Assembly: GCA_963764725.1 (NCBI GenBank)
Contig: CAVXTM010000011.1
Coordinates: forward strand, 288,001-352,000
DNA length: 64,000 bases
Direction of reading: 5' to 3'
Source: an uncultured Gammaproteobacteria bacterium
GTDB taxonomy: Bacteria; Pseudomonadota; Gammaproteobacteria; JACCXJ01
A program made the position numbers and the translations under genes. The notes under the pieces were generated by a model. That model was not told the origin of the DNA. It made no database searches and saw only the letters and a list, made by a program, of their open reading frames with translations. Below, piece by piece: positions 31,208 to 42,315 of the stretch. Every line of letters begins with the position of its first letter. Position 1 is the first letter of the stretch.

Positions 31208-31918
31208 TCACCATTGGCGTCCCCATTTATAAGCCCAGCCCACATATTCGGCCAACCCCTGCAAATCGGGGAACAAGGAGGCACGGTTGTGGCCAAGACG
31301 GTCAACGATTAGCCGCAGTTCGAAACACGGCCGCCCGCGAGGAAAAACCCATTTCTGCAAATCCGCGGGCTGATACTGGGTAGATGGACACGGGTGCACC
31401 GTAAACACACTACGCTGAACCTGGATCCGGGGGCTAATATGTGGAGGAAGGTACGTCTTTACATCCGTGATTGTGGCGAATGGTTTTTGCTCTTCCTCTG
31501 CGCTTACCACAGGAGGTGCCTTGAGAACGTATACCGCTGGCTCGCCAACGGTTCCGGATTTCTCCATCGCAAAGTACGTTGCGATCAGCGGACTTTCCGT
31601 CCAATCCAAAATCCTCGCTGGCGCTCCGTGGTGTTGCGCAACAGCAAGCCACTCTAGATCGGACTTCGGTTCGAACTTTAGAAACGGTCGCGCCGTTCGC
31701 TTAAACATCTCAAGCGCCCGTATTTCCTCCTCCTGGGAATGGGGCAACGCCTGTCCATCCGCTGGATTCCTTCGGGCATCAGGCCGACCGATCTTGGGCA
31801 CTAGGCCATGCTCCGATGTCGTTACTCCGCGGAAGAGCCACGCGTATCCTGGCGTCTTCTCGATCTCCTCGATGAGACGGGACAGCTCGGCCCAGTTGCT
31901 GACGCGAATTTGCTTCAT
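31208..31918 (-). CDS. FRG domain protein
   Basis: WLFRGV, AQHHGAPARILDWTESPLIATYFA, RIQVQRSVFT, SLFPDLQG; start reassigned to 31918. Confidence 0.9.
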   Translation of the reverse strand: MKQIRVSNWAELSRLIEEIEKTPGYAWLFRGVTTSEHGLVPKIGRPDARRNPADGQALPHSQEEEIRALEMFKRTARPFLKFEPKSDLEWLAVAQHHGAPARILDWTESPLIATYFAMEKSGTVGEPAVYVLKAPPVVSAEEEQKPFATITDVKTYLPPHISPRIQVQRSVFTVHPCPSTQYQPADLQKWVFPRGRPCFELRLIVDRLGHNRASLFPDLQGLAEYVGWAYKWGRQW

Positions 31919-31973
31919 ATTGCACAGTGCCGAATAAGCCGCAGCGAAACCTAACGAGGGAAGCGGGGTTACT

Positions 31974-32039
31974 TCAGGTCTCGACTTATCAGTTTGCGTA
32001 GGGTACATAGGATACACAAACTAATACGTCGAGACCTGA
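31974..32039. repeat. Long imperfect hairpin (GGTCAGGTCT/AGACCTGACC-type palindrome)
   Basis: TCAGGTCTCGAC / GTCGAGACCTGA perfect 12-bp arms plus inner TATCAGTTTG/CAAACTAATA. Confidence 0.75.
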
Positions 32040-32083
32040 CCCGGTGCCCTTCGTGCACTGCCGACGGTATTTTAACTCTTTGC

Positions 32084-33028
32084 CTATGTCGGTCCGTGGG
32101 ACCCTCCGTGATCAAAATACTGGCGCAAAGCGTCGGCCTCGATTAGAAACACCCCGTCTTCGCCGCGCGTCAGCTCGAGCCAAACAAAGGGGAGGCGCGG
32201 ATAACGCTGCTCGAGGGCACCGGCGCTCTCGCCGACTTCGACGACGAGCACGCCGTTGTCCGTTAGGTGATGCGACGCATCTTCTAGGATACGGCCGACG
32301 ACGGCGAGGCCGTCGGGACCGCCATCGAGGCCGAGGGCGGGCTCGTGGCGGTGCTCGGCGCTGAGCGCCGCCATATGCCGTGTCGGAACATACGGCGGGT
32401 TGCTCACGATGAGATCGTAACGTTCTGAAGCAAGTGCGGCGAATAGATCCGATTGCAGCACCCGCACCCGGTCTTGAACCTGATGGCGCAGAATATTACT
32501 CCGCGCTATCTCCAAGGCTTGCGGGCTCAGGTCAACGGCATCGACGCGCGCCTCTGGAAACGCGAGCGCACAGGCGATGGCGATGCAGCCACTCCCGGTG
32601 CCTATATCGAGGATGCGATGGACCTCGCCCACCCAAGGCGAGAACCCGGATTCGATGAGCTCCGCGATCGGCGATCGCGGGACCAGCACCTGGTCGTTCA
32701 CATAAAACGGCAAGCCCGCAAACCAGGCCTCGCGGAGCAGATACGCGGCCGGCTTGCGCGTTTGTATGCGTTGACGCAGAAGTCCGACAGCTCGCGCCTT
32801 TTCTTCCTCGGTCAGCCGGCGGTCGAGCGTTTCCTCGGGGGTATCGAAGGGCAGCCCGAGCGCGTGGAAGACCACCAGCACCGCTTCCTCGCGTGCATTC
32901 GTGGTCCCGTGGGCGAAGCATAAGCCGGCGCCGAGAAAGCGCGCTTCCGCCCAGTACACCAACTGGCGTGCGGTGCGTGCCTCGGCGAGATTCGGGCCGC
33001 GCTCGTGCACCGCATGCGCGTGATTCAC
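32084..33028 (-). CDS. prmB: 50S protein L3 glutamine methyltransferase
   Basis: HGTTNA, PAAYL..EAWF.GL.FYV...[20 protein letters not shown]. Confidence 0.94.
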   Translation of the reverse strand: MNHAHAVHERGPNLAEARTARQLVYWAEARFLGAGLCFAHGTTNAREEAVLVVFHALGLPFDTPEETLDRRLTEEEKARAVGLLRQRIQTRKPAAYLLREAWFAGLPFYVNDQVLVPRSPIAELIESGFSPWVGEVHRILDIGTGSGCIAIACALAFPEARVDAVDLSPQALEIARSNILRHQVQDRVRVLQSDLFAALASERYDLIVSNPPYVPTRHMAALSAEHRHEPALGLDGGPDGLAVVGRILEDASHHLTDNGVLVVEVGESAGALEQRYPRLPFVWLELTRGEDGVFLIEADALRQYFDHGGSHGPT

Positions 33029-34911
33029 GCAGCCTCGCCGCTTATCACCAAGAACATCTCGTTGAGCCGATGGACGAAACCGGCCGGATCATCGAGCCGT
33101 CCGCCCTCGCTCAGGAGGGCTTGATCGAAGAGGATGCGCGCCCAATCCTCGAATCGTGGCCCTTCTTGTTCGCGCCAAAGGCGGCGCACGATGGGGTGTT
33201 CGGGATTGATTTCTAAGATGGGCGGGGTCGCCGGCACGTCCTGGCCCGCGGCTTTGAGCAGGCGTTCCAGATGGGCGCCAAGCTCGTGCTCATCGGCGAC
33301 CAGACAAGCCGGTGAGGTCGTTAGCCGGTGAGTCACCCGCACCTCTTTGACCCGCTCGGCCAGGCTCTTGCGGATCCGCTCGACGAGATCCTTGTACTCA
33401 CCGGCCTCGGTTTCCGCCGCTGCCTTGTCTTCCTTATCCTCCAGCGTTCCGAGATCGAGTGCCCCCTTGCTGACGGATTTCAAAGGTTTTCCGTTGTACT
33501 CGGTTAACTGGGTAACGGCCCAGTCGTCCACCGGATCGGACAGCAGCAGAACCTCGATGCCTTTTTTACGGAACACTTCGAGATGCGGGCTGTTCTTGGC
33601 GGTGGCAAAACCGTCGGCGACGACATAATAGATCGCGCTCTGCCCCTCCTTCATGCGAGTCACGTAGTCATCGAGAGAAACCTCTTGCTCCTCGCCGTCG
33701 GTATGCGTGCTCGAGAAGCGGACGAGCTTCGCCAGCCGATCGCGGTTCGAGGTGTCCTCGATCAAGCCTTCCTTGAGGACCCGGCCGAAGGTTTTCCAGA
33801 AGGCCCCGTATTCGCCCTTGGTTACCAGCTCTTCCAGGAGCCCCAAGACCTTTTTTACGGCGCCCGCGCGCATCCCGTCGATGATCTTATTGTCCTGCAG
33901 GATCTCACGCGAGATGTTGAGCGGTAGATCGTTGGAATCGACGATGCCGCGCACGAAGCGCAGGTAGCGCGGCATCAACTGCGTGGCGTCATCCATGATG
34001 AACACCCGGCGCACGAAAAGCTTCACCCCGCGCCGGCGTTCAGGGTCCCAGAGATCGAAGGGCGCGTGTTTTGGGAGGAAGAGCAGCAGCGTGTATTCGA
34101 GCTTGCCCTCGACCTTGCTGTGGACGCGGGCGAGCGGAGCCTCGTGGTCATGCGCCACGTGTTTATAAAACTCGTTGTATTCTTCGTCGGTGATCTCGCT
34201 CTTCGGCCGCGACCAGAGCGCGGTCGCCGCGTTCACCCGTTCGTAACCGCTCGCGTCCTTGCCTTCCTTGGGCATGAGGATCGGTAAGGTGATATGGTCC
34301 GAATACTTGCCGATGATGCTGCGCAGGCGGTAGCCGTTCAGGAATTCCTCCTCGCCTGCGCGCAGCTTCAAGATCACCTCGGTACCGCGTTGCTTTCGCG
34401 GCACGGTATGGACGCTGTACTCGCCTTTACCGTCGGATTGCCAGCGCACGCCCTCTTCAGTGCCCAAGCCCGCGCGCCGGGTCGTGACGGTCACTTCCTC
34501 CGCGACAATGAATGAAGAATAAAACCCGACGCCGAATTGGCCGATGAGCTGTGAGTCTTTCTGCCGGTCGCCGGTCAGGGTCTTGAAAAATTCCTTGGTG
34601 CCCGATTTGGCGATGGTCCCGAGGTTTTCGACCACTTCTTGGCGTGACATCCCGATGCCGTTGTCACGCACCGTGATCGTCTTGAGGCTCTCGCTATACT
34701 CCACTTCGATCTTGATCTCGCTGTCGCTTTCGAATAACGCCGCGTTGCCGAGCGCCTCGAAGCGCAGCCTCTCGGCCGCGTCAGACGCATTGGAGATGAG
34801 CTCACGGAGAAATATCTCTTTGTTGCTGTAGAGCGAGTGGATCATCAGGTCCAGCAACTGGCGGACCTCGGCCTGGAAACCTCGGGTTTCCGTCTGGGTG
34901 TTATGACTCAT
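33025..34911 (-). CDS. htpG: Chaperone HtpG (Hsp90)
   Basis: [37 protein letters not shown]. Confidence 0.98.
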   Translation of the reverse strand: MSHNTQTETRGFQAEVRQLLDLMIHSLYSNKEIFLRELISNASDAAERLRFEALGNAALFESDSEIKIEVEYSESLKTITVRDNGIGMSRQEVVENLGTIAKSGTKEFFKTLTGDRQKDSQLIGQFGVGFYSSFIVAEEVTVTTRRAGLGTEEGVRWQSDGKGEYSVHTVPRKQRGTEVILKLRAGEEEFLNGYRLRSIIGKYSDHITLPILMPKEGKDASGYERVNAATALWSRPKSEITDEEYNEFYKHVAHDHEAPLARVHSKVEGKLEYTLLLFLPKHAPFDLWDPERRRGVKLFVRRVFIMDDATQLMPRYLRFVRGIVDSNDLPLNISREILQDNKIIDGMRAGAVKKVLGLLEELVTKGEYGAFWKTFGRVLKEGLIEDTSNRDRLAKLVRFSSTHTDGEEQEVSLDDYVTRMKEGQSAIYYVVADGFATAKNSPHLEVFRKKGIEVLLLSDPVDDWAVTQLTEYNGKPLKSVSKGALDLGTLEDKEDKAAAETEAGEYKDLVERIRKSLAERVKEVRVTHRLTTSPACLVADEHELGAHLERLLKAAGQDVPATPPILEINPEHPIVRRLWREQEGPRFEDWARILFDQALLSEGGRLDDPAGFVHRLNEMFLVISGEAA

Positions 34912-35033
34912 GGGTTTGAAATCTCCGCATAAAACGATACGCCGTCATCGCTAGCAAGCATACACGGGTTTCTAAGTGTATCGACTAGGCTCGTTGCGTT
35001 GCAACGGACGGCGTATCCGCTACACTGATCCGC

Positions 35034-37598
35034 ATGGCGGCGAGCACGGATCGCGGCGGCGAACATACGCCCATGATGAGGCAATTCCTCGGCATCAAGC
35101 GGGACTTCCCGGAGATGCTTTTGTTCTACCGCATGGGCGATTTCTACGAGCTATTCTATGACGATGCCGAGAAAGCCGCGGGCTTACTGGACATTGTCCT
35201 GACCACGCGCGGGAACTCGGCCGGAGCGCCTATCCCGATGGCGGGCGTGCCGGTGCATGCGGTCGATTCGTACTTAGCCAAGCTCGTGCGTATGGGGCAG
35301 ACGGCCGCGATTTGCGAACAAGTGGGCGAGCAGTCGGGCAAAGCGCCGATGGAACGAAGGGTCACGCGTATCGTAACCCCGGGAACCCTGACCGAGGAGG
35401 CCTTGCTCGAAGAACGCCGCGACAACCTGCTGGCGGCGGTGCACGTGCAAGGGGAGTGCATCGGCCTGGCCACATTGGATCTCGCCAGCGGCAGGTTCAG
35501 CATCCTCGAAATCACGGGACGCGAGGCGCTCGGCGGCGAGATCGAGCGGCTGCAGCCCGCCGAGTTGCTCTTAAGCGAAGCGTCCGATCTCGTACCGTGG
35601 TTTGCAGCGGACCCACGCCTGCGTCGGCGGCCGCCTTGGCATTTCGATACCGAGCACGCCAAACGCGCATTAGCCGAGCAGTTTGAGGTCCAAGACTTGG
35701 TGGGGTTCGGGTGCGAAGACCTGGACACCGCCGTGGCGGCGGCCGGGGGCCTGTTGCAATATGCGCGGGATACCCAACGCACCACCTTGCCGCATTTATG
35801 CAAGCTCTGCGTGGAACGGCGCGAAGAGAGCTTGATCCTCGATGCAGCGACGCGCCGCAATCTGGAAATAAACGCCAGTATTTTCGGAGCCAAGGAGCAC
35901 AGCCTCATCGGGATCATGGATAGCTCGGTGACACCCATGGGCAGCCGCATGTTGCGGCGTTGGTTGAATCGCCCGATCCGCGACCGAGCCACGCTGCGCT
36001 ACCGTTATCACGCGGTCGGTGCCCTGCTGATGAATGCCCGTTGGCACGGATTGCGGCAGCCGCTGCGGGCGATTGGCGATATTGAACGGATTCTGGCCCG
36101 CATCGCACTTCGGTCGGCGCGTCCTCGGGACCTCGTTCAGCTCCGGAACGCGCTCGAGGCCTTACCCGAATTGAGCTGTCGGCTCAATGAGATCGACAGT
36201 CCCAGGCTGCAATCGCTAGCCCAAACGATCGCGGGATTTCCCGAGCTGCGCACCTTACTCCAGGCGGCCATCGCGGAGAATCCCGCTCCCCATGTAAACG
36301 ATGGCGGTGTCATCGCGACGGGTTACGATCGCGAGCTCGACGATTTGCGAAGTTTGCGCGATGACGTCGGGCAGGTTCTGGTTGCGATCGAAGCCCGCGA
36401 GCGCGAACGCACCGGTATCGGGAACCTCCGGGTCGGCTACAACCGCGTGCACGGCTATTACCTCGAGATCGGCCGGGCTCATCAGCAAAAAATCCCGGCA
36501 GATTACGTGCGCAGGCAGACGCTGAAAGCGGCGGAAAGGTATATCACACCGGAACTGGCCGCGCTCGAATCCGAGGCGCTCCGGGCGGGACAGCGAGCGC
36601 TCGACAAGGAGAAAGAGATCTACCAGGAGGTCCTTACGCGCTTGATTCAACAACTGCCGTTGTTGCAGGCGGCGGGCACCGCCGCGGCTGAAGCCGATGT
36701 ATTCGCGTCGTTTGCAGAACGAGCCGAGACGCTCGCTCTGAACGCCCCGGAGCTCTGCGACGACAGCGGGCTGTCCATCGACGGGGGCCGGCACCTGGTC
36801 ATCGAACGGGTCCACGAGACGCCTTTTGTGCCCAATGATCTTCACCTCGCCGATGAGCGGCGCATGTTGATGATCACCGGCCCGAACATGGGCGGGAAAT
36901 CGACCTATATGCGGCAGACGGCGTTGATCGTGATCCTCGCCTACAGCGGGAGTTACGTACCGGCCGCGAAGGCGAAGATGGGTCCGTTGGATCGCGTCTT
37001 TACGCGCATCGGCGCGGCGGATGATCTGGCGAGCGGACGTTCCACGTTCATGGTCGAAATGACCGAAACCGCTAATATTCTCAACAACGCGACCTCGCAG
37101 AGCTTGGTCTTGATCGATGAGATCGGACGGGGCACCAGCACCTTCGACGGATTGTCGCTCGCGTGGGCGACCGCCGAACACCTAGCGCGGGAAATACGCG
37201 CTTATACGCTGTTCGCGACGCACTATTTCGAGTTAACGGAGTTGGCCGTCGAAATGGAAGGGGTGGCGAATGTGCATTTTGATGCCGTGGAACACGGTGA
37301 TCGGCTTGTCTTTCTGCACTCGGTGCAAGAAGGCCCGGCAAACCAAAGCTACGGACTGCAGGTGGCGCGAATGGCCGGCGTCCCCGGCGCCGTGGTAAGG
37401 CGTGCCCGGGATAAGCTGCAGCGGTTGGAACGGCGGCGACGCTTGGAGACGCCTCAACCGGCCGCGCCACAGATGGAGTTATTCGATGAGATCGCGGAAC
37501 CGCCAGCCCTCACGGTACTGCGCACCTTGGAACCCGATGGCTTAAGCCCACAGCGGGCCTTGGAGGAGATTTACCGCTTGCGCGCGCTGGTGGAATAG
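35034..37598 (+). CDS. mutS: DNA mismatch repair protein MutS
   Basis: [35 protein letters not shown] clamp-binding motif. Confidence 0.98.
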   Translation: MAASTDRGGEHTPMMRQFLGIKRDFPEMLLFYRMGDFYELFYDDAEKAAGLLDIVLTTRGNSAGAPIPMAGVPVHAVDSYLAKLVRMGQTAAICEQVGEQSGKAPMERRVTRIVTPGTLTEEALLEERRDNLLAAVHVQGECIGLATLDLASGRFSILEITGREALGGEIERLQPAELLLSEASDLVPWFAADPRLRRRPPWHFDTEHAKRALAEQFEVQDLVGFGCEDLDTAVAAAGGLLQYARDTQRTTLPHLCKLCVERREESLILDAATRRNLEINASIFGAKEHSLIGIMDSSVTPMGSRMLRRWLNRPIRDRATLRYRYHAVGALLMNARWHGLRQPLRAIGDIERILARIALRSARPRDLVQLRNALEALPELSCRLNEIDSPRLQSLAQTIAGFPELRTLLQAAIAENPAPHVNDGGVIATGYDRELDDLRSLRDDVGQVLVAIEARERERTGIGNLRVGYNRVHGYYLEIGRAHQQKIPADYVRRQTLKAAERYITPELAALESEALRAGQRALDKEKEIYQEVLTRLIQQLPLLQAAGTAAAEADVFASFAERAETLALNAPELCDDSGLSIDGGRHLVIERVHETPFVPNDLHLADERRMLMITGPNMGGKSTYMRQTALIVILAYSGSYVPAAKAKMGPLDRVFTRIGAADDLASGRSTFMVEMTETANILNNATSQSLVLIDEIGRGTSTFDGLSLAWATAEHLAREIRAYTLFATHYFELTELAVEMEGVANVHFDAVEHGDRLVFLHSVQEGPANQSYGLQVARMAGVPGAVVRRARDKLQRLERRRRLETPQPAAPQMELFDEIAEPPALTVLRTLEPDGLSPQRALEEIYRLRALVE

Positions 37599-37678
37599 CC
37601 TTGCGCATGAGCAATGCTTATCGCGCCGGCCCGATTCCCGATTATAATAACAAGAGACTTTTGGAGAAAGAGAAAGCA

Positions 37679-38002
37679 ATGACGTTCGTCGTTACCGAAC
37701 CCTGTATAAAGTGCAAGTACACGGACTGCGTGGAGGTGTGCCCTGTCGATTGCTTCCATGAAGGCCCCAACATGCTGGTCATCGACCCCGACGAGTGTAT
37801 CGATTGCACGCTGTGTGAGCCGGAGTGCCCGGTGGATGCAATCCTCTCCGAAGATGATTTGCCTGAATCACAAAGGCATTACCTCGACCTCAACACGGAG
37901 TTGGCGAAGGCGTGGCCGGTCATCAACCAGCGTAAACCGGCGCCTCCGGACGCCGACGAGTGGCGCGAGGTCAAGGGAAAGTTGGACATGCTGCAGCGCT
38001 AG
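37679..38002 (+). CDS. fdxA: 7Fe ferredoxin
   Basis: [30 protein letters not shown]; mutS-fdxA synteny. Confidence 0.95.
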   Translation: MTFVVTEPCIKCKYTDCVEVCPVDCFHEGPNMLVIDPDECIDCTLCEPECPVDAILSEDDLPESQRHYLDLNTELAKAWPVINQRKPAPPDADEWREVKGKLDMLQR

Positions 38003-38105
38003 CGCCAGGGAGGCGCCGTCGATCCGCGGTCGCACTACCCGTTTTTCACGCAGCAACGCCTGCCCGGTTCAGGACGCGGTGATCACCCGTTCCGCCGGTT
38101 TTCCT

Positions 38106-38132
38106 TCATTTATTTTTTGTCCGCGCCGATAA
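38106..38132 (+). promoter_or_regulatory. Candidate sigma-28 promoter of the DUF4124-kinase-PP2C-FHA cluster
   Basis: TCAT-N15-GCCGATAA (perfect -10, partial -35). Confidence 0.45.
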
Positions 38133-38207
38133 CACGGGCCGTTGGTAACTTCCCCGCCCTGGAGAGCCGGGGACACGCATTTCTACCCATCAAAACCCTT
38201 GATTCCG

Positions 38208-38684
38208 ATGCAAGAAATCCGGTGGCTCGACGCGAATTGCAGATGGCTGGTTGCCGTTATCTGTGGCGCATTTTGTCTTAAAGCGCAAGGTTTGTACGGA
38301 GCAGAGATCTATAAATGGGTCGATGACCATGGGACCGCACACTACGGGGAGCGGCCGCCAAATAAAGGCGCCGTGAAGCTTACCGTAGCCGCGAAGCCGT
38401 CCGTCGGCATACGCGATCAAGAAAGGTTCAAGCGCCAAGAACGGCTATTAAAGGTCTTCGAGGAAGAGCGTCAGGAGAAGGTGGCCGCGGCGCAAGAGAA
38501 ACATTTGGAGAAAGAGAAACGCAATCAAAATTGCAAGCTCGCCCGTAAGCAGCTATTCAACTACGAACACGCATCGATGCTTTATAAGAAGGATAGACTA
38601 GGAAATCGCGTGGTGTTTGAGCACAACGAGCGCGTCGAGGCCGAACGAGGCGCGCGCGAAGCAGTGGAACACTGGTGTGATTGA
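38208..38684 (+). CDS. DUF4124 domain exported protein
   Basis: Signal-like N-terminus, AEIYKWVDDHGTAHYGERPP, coiled coil, two C-terminal Cys. Confidence 0.85.
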   Translation: MQEIRWLDANCRWLVAVICGAFCLKAQGLYGAEIYKWVDDHGTAHYGERPPNKGAVKLTVAAKPSVGIRDQERFKRQERLLKVFEEERQEKVAAAQEKHLEKEKRNQNCKLARKQLFNYEHASMLYKKDRLGNRVVFEHNERVEAERGAREAVEHWCD

Positions 38685-38740
38685 TTTCCGCGCGCACCCG
38701 CCGATCAGGTCGCGACGATTCTTATCCAACTGTGCACACA

Positions 38741-39602
38741 ATGGCGCAATCACTCTCGCATAAACCGCTGCTTGGCCGTTACCAGTTACAGCGTGAGCTC
38801 GGCCGCGGAACGATGGGCGTGGTTTACCTGGGTCTTGATCGGGCAGCCAATCGCTACGTCGCGGTTAAGACCATCTGCTTAGCGGAAATCTTGGAAGAAG
38901 CGCAACTCGACGAGATAAAATCGCGCCTATTCCGGGAAGCCGAGACCATCGGGCGTCTACATCACCCGAATATCGTGGCGGTGTATGAAGCAGGGGATGA
39001 GCACGATTTGGCGTATATCGGGATGGAGTACCTTGAGGGAACCACGCTCGCACCCTACATCAAAAAGAATGATTTGCTGCCGGTAAGGAAAACGCTATTT
39101 TTAGTCGCCACCCTGGCGCGCGCCCTCGATTATGCGCATCGCCAGCAGGTCGCTCACCGGGATATTAAGCCCGGCAACGTGATGTATGCGGCGTCGAAGA
39201 ATACGGTCAAGATCACCGATTTCGGCATCGCGAGCGTCATCGACGCGCATGTTGGAACAACGGGATTGGCTGGCGGCACACCTTTTTACATGTCCCCCGA
39301 ACAGGTCCTCCAGGATCCGGTCGATGGCCGCTCCGACCTTTTCTCCTTAGGGGTGATGCTCTACCAACTTACCACCGGGTCCCTGCCGTTTACTGCGGGA
39401 ACGATGGATGCCTTGATGCACAAGATCGTGCGCGATGCGCCGATCAGTCTCTTCGACGTTCGTCCGGATTTGGCCCGCACCGCACCGTATCTAGGGCGAA
39501 TCGTCGAACAAAGCGCTAAAAAAAACGACCTCCGAAAGATACCAACGCGGTGCAGAGATGGCACGTGACCTGCTTTCAGGGTTAAACCAGATCCGTTTAT
39601 AA
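38741..39602 (+). pseudogene. Hanks-type Ser/Thr kinase with a frameshift near the C-terminus (ORF stops 39568; natural end 39602)
   Basis: LGRGTMGVVY, VAVK, HRDIKPGN, DFG, YMSPE; subdomain XI (NKALKKTTSERYQRGAEMARDL) lies in the +1 frame from ~39507. Confidence 0.7.
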
Positions 39603-39612
39603 GCGAGGCGTC

Positions 39613-40431
39613 ATGTTTCAAGCGGGGGCTCTTGAAATCATAAATCTGTCAGACCGGGGCCGCAGACGCCCGAATAACGAGGATAGTACCGCGAGCGACG
39701 CGCATCTGGGTTTAGCGGTGGTGGCGGATGGCATGGGGGGATATCGATCCGGGGAGGTGGCGAGCGCCATCGCGGTCTCTTCGGTGATGAGCCATGTGCG
39801 CAAAGCGTTAGACTCGGCGCGGCTTTCGGGGCGACACCACGCCGCGTCGAAACACTCTTCCATCGTTAACCACGCGATCACGCACGCCAATTCGATGATC
39901 TATCGAACCGGACAAACCGAAGCACAATGCCAGGGCATGGGAACCACGGTGGTCGCCTGTTTATTTCAGGGAAACAACGTTACCGTTGGGCATGTCGGTG
40001 ATTCCAGGCTTTACCGTCTTCGGGGCGGTTCGTTCGATCAGATTACCACCGACCATTCGGTCGTCCAAGAACTGATCGATCAGGCGGGAATGACGCCGAA
40101 GCAGGCCGCGGCGGCGGCTCCGAAAAACCTGGTCACCCGAGCGCTCGGGATCGACGAGGCTGTCCAGGTCGATATCTACGAGGAAAGTTTAAATCCCGGG
40201 GACATCTACGTTTTGTGTACCGACGGCCTGCACGATATGGTCAATAATGAAGAAATTCACTTAACCCTGCGCGAATATAATGCTAATCTTGTAGCGGCGG
40301 GGGACCGATTAATCGCTCTAGCCAATGAGCGGGGGGGTCATGATAATATTTCTCTCGTCATCGCTCGGCTGCGTGCGTATCGGAGAGCGATTTTTGTTTG
40401 GCCCCGTAAATTACAACGATGGGTTAGTTAA
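39613..40431 (+). CDS. PP2C-family Ser/Thr phosphatase (Stp1-like)
   Basis: NNED, VADGMGG, MGTT, HVGDSRLY, LCTDGL, GGHDNIS. Confidence 0.94.
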   Translation: MFQAGALEIINLSDRGRRRPNNEDSTASDAHLGLAVVADGMGGYRSGEVASAIAVSSVMSHVRKALDSARLSGRHHAASKHSSIVNHAITHANSMIYRTGQTEAQCQGMGTTVVACLFQGNNVTVGHVGDSRLYRLRGGSFDQITTDHSVVQELIDQAGMTPKQAAAAAPKNLVTRALGIDEAVQVDIYEESLNPGDIYVLCTDGLHDMVNNEEIHLTLREYNANLVAAGDRLIALANERGGHDNISLVIARLRAYRRAIFVWPRKLQRWVS

Positions 40432-40448
40432 TCGTATAGAGCGTCCTT

Positions 40449-41165
40449 ATGTCAAAACTCGTCCTCAGTCTTAACGGCGTGGTACAAGGAGACTACCCGC
40501 TTACCAAAGAACGCATGACGATTGGCCGCAAAGCGGACAACGATATTGCGGTCGACAATCTTGCGGTTAGCGGTAAACACGCCTTGGTCATCACAATCTT
40601 GGACGACTCCTTTCTTGAAGATCTGGGGAGCACGAATGGGACGTTCGTCAACGGCAAGGTCATAAAGAAACACGCCCTACGGAACGGCGATGTCATCACC
40701 ATCGGGAAACACGAGATCCGGTATGTCAACGAGCACGCCACCGCCGATGACGACGAGTTCGAAAAAACCATAATCATGCGCCCCGGAACGGCCTCAGCGG
40801 CCGCGGCGCTCGCGAAGGCCATTGGCCAGACGTCAATTGGGCCAAGCTTTGGTGCGGCGGCTTCGCCGAGCTTGCAGCCCGCGAGCTCGCCACTGGGGCG
40901 GCTAAGCATTTTAAACGGGCCCGTTGCCGGCAAGCAGCTCGAGCTGATCAAGGCCTCGATTACCTTGGGTAAGCCCGGCGTGCAGGTTGCCGTGATATCA
41001 CGGCGGCCACAAGGCTATTTCATTACGCATATCGAGGGCGGGACCGCCGAACAACCGATCTATCCGATAATCAACGGGCAACCGACCGGGGCGCGGAGTC
41101 ATCAGCTCAACGATCGTGATGTCATTGAATTGGCGGGCATAAAAATGGAGTTTCTCGCGGCTTAA
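40449..41165 (+). CDS. FHA domain protein (N-terminal FHA plus degenerate second FHA)
   Basis: IGRKADND...VSGKHA...DLGSTNGTFVNG; FEKTIIM linker. Confidence 0.92.
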   Translation: MSKLVLSLNGVVQGDYPLTKERMTIGRKADNDIAVDNLAVSGKHALVITILDDSFLEDLGSTNGTFVNGKVIKKHALRNGDVITIGKHEIRYVNEHATADDDEFEKTIIMRPGTASAAAALAKAIGQTSIGPSFGAAASPSLQPASSPLGRLSILNGPVAGKQLELIKASITLGKPGVQVAVISRRPQGYFITHIEGGTAEQPIYPIINGQPTGARSHQLNDRDVIELAGIKMEFLAA

Positions 41166-41211
41166 GCCACCTCGTCGAGCCGTCGGATGCTCGCTATGGC
41201 AAGTGGGCGAG

Positions 41212-41640
41212 TTACCGCTGCCGGTTTCTTAAGCACTCCAGATAGCGCCGCTCATCCGGAAGAGCGTCAGTGCGCTGCGCTTGCCATAAGGCCTCGGCCA
41301 GGCAATCCATCATTTCGTGTTGGGCCTCGTGATAGGTGGGCCAACGCCCTTGCAGATCCGCATAGATACGTGCAATACCGGCAGGCCGATCCACCAGCAA
41401 CTGCTCCTCAATCGCCACATGCATGGCCATATGCAGGAAAGGGTTGGTCTCGCCCCCCTCGGGGGTATAGTGCCTTGATAGAGCCTGCTCTCGATCCCGT
41501 AGTAATGCGTGGTATTCGGGGTGAGCGAGGATCACCTTTAAAATCAGGTTCTCGATAGGCTGTAGGGCATCGCTCGCCGAGTGCTTAGTCCATACATCTA
41601 TAAAATACTTCCTTGCCGACGGTTGATCTTGCACCAGCAC
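41212..41640 (-). CDS. DUF1841 family protein
   Basis: HPEYH, GETNPFLHMAMH.AI.EQL..DRP.GI, H..M.CL. Confidence 0.9.
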   Translation of the reverse strand: MLVQDQPSARKYFIDVWTKHSASDALQPIENLILKVILAHPEYHALLRDREQALSRHYTPEGGETNPFLHMAMHVAIEEQLLVDRPAGIARIYADLQGRWPTYHEAQHEMMDCLAEALWQAQRTDALPDERRYLECLRNRQR

Positions 41641-41642
41641 AG

Positions 41643-42287
41643 CTAAACGCGACCTATCTCCGCCTTCTCTTTCCACTCGCAGAGATCACGGATGATACAT
41701 TCGCCGCAGTGCGGTTTTCGCGCCTGACAGACGTAGCGCCCATGCAAGATTAACCAATGATGGGCGTCTTTCCTAAATCGCTTCGGTACCGCGGCCATGA
41801 GCGCCCGTTCTACGACGGCGGGAGTCTTACCCGGGGCGAGTCCGGTGCGGTTCGCGACCCTAAAAATATGCGTATCCACCGCGATCGTGGGTTCTCCGAA
41901 GGCAGTATTCAAAATTACATTGGCCGTCTTGCGCCCGACGCCGGGCAATTGTTCTAATGCCCCTCGGTCATGAGGCACCTGTCCGCCGTGCTCATCGCAA
42001 AGGATCCTGCAGGTATTGATGATATTCTTGGACTTACCATTATAAAGCCCAATGGTTTTGATGTACGATTTCAGACCTTCCTCCCCGAGACCTAGGATGG
42101 CCGCGGGTTTATTCGCGATCGGGAACAGTCGCCGCGTCACTTTGTTGACGCTAACGTCGGTTGCCTGAGCCGAAAGGATCACCGCCACCAGCAGCTCGAA
42201 TGGCGTTCGATACTCAAGCTCGGTGGCCGGATGAGGTCTCTGTGCTTGGAGGCGATCGAAGACCTGGGCACGCTGGTAGCGGTTCAA
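41643..42287 (-). CDS. nth: Endonuclease III
   Basis: LSAQATD, LPGVGRKTANV, VDTHIFRV, C-x6-C-x2-C-x5-C. Confidence 0.97.
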   Translation of the reverse strand: MNRYQRAQVFDRLQAQRPHPATELEYRTPFELLVAVILSAQATDVSVNKVTRRLFPIANKPAAILGLGEEGLKSYIKTIGLYNGKSKNIINTCRILCDEHGGQVPHDRGALEQLPGVGRKTANVILNTAFGEPTIAVDTHIFRVANRTGLAPGKTPAVVERALMAAVPKRFRKDAHHWLILHGRYVCQARKPHCGECIIRDLCEWKEKAEIGRV

Positions 42288-42315
42288 TTAGAGACCAGTC
42301 CCTAATGCTACGAAT

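Noticed and set aside
31150-31960. Complete integron cassette or attC around the FRG gene
   Set aside because: Only an upstream GTTRRRY is present; no matching RYYYAAC-led attC after the stop and no integron integrase
38208-41165. Kinase-PP2C-FHA as part of a type VI secretion cluster
   Set aside because: No tss, hcp or vgrG genes in the window
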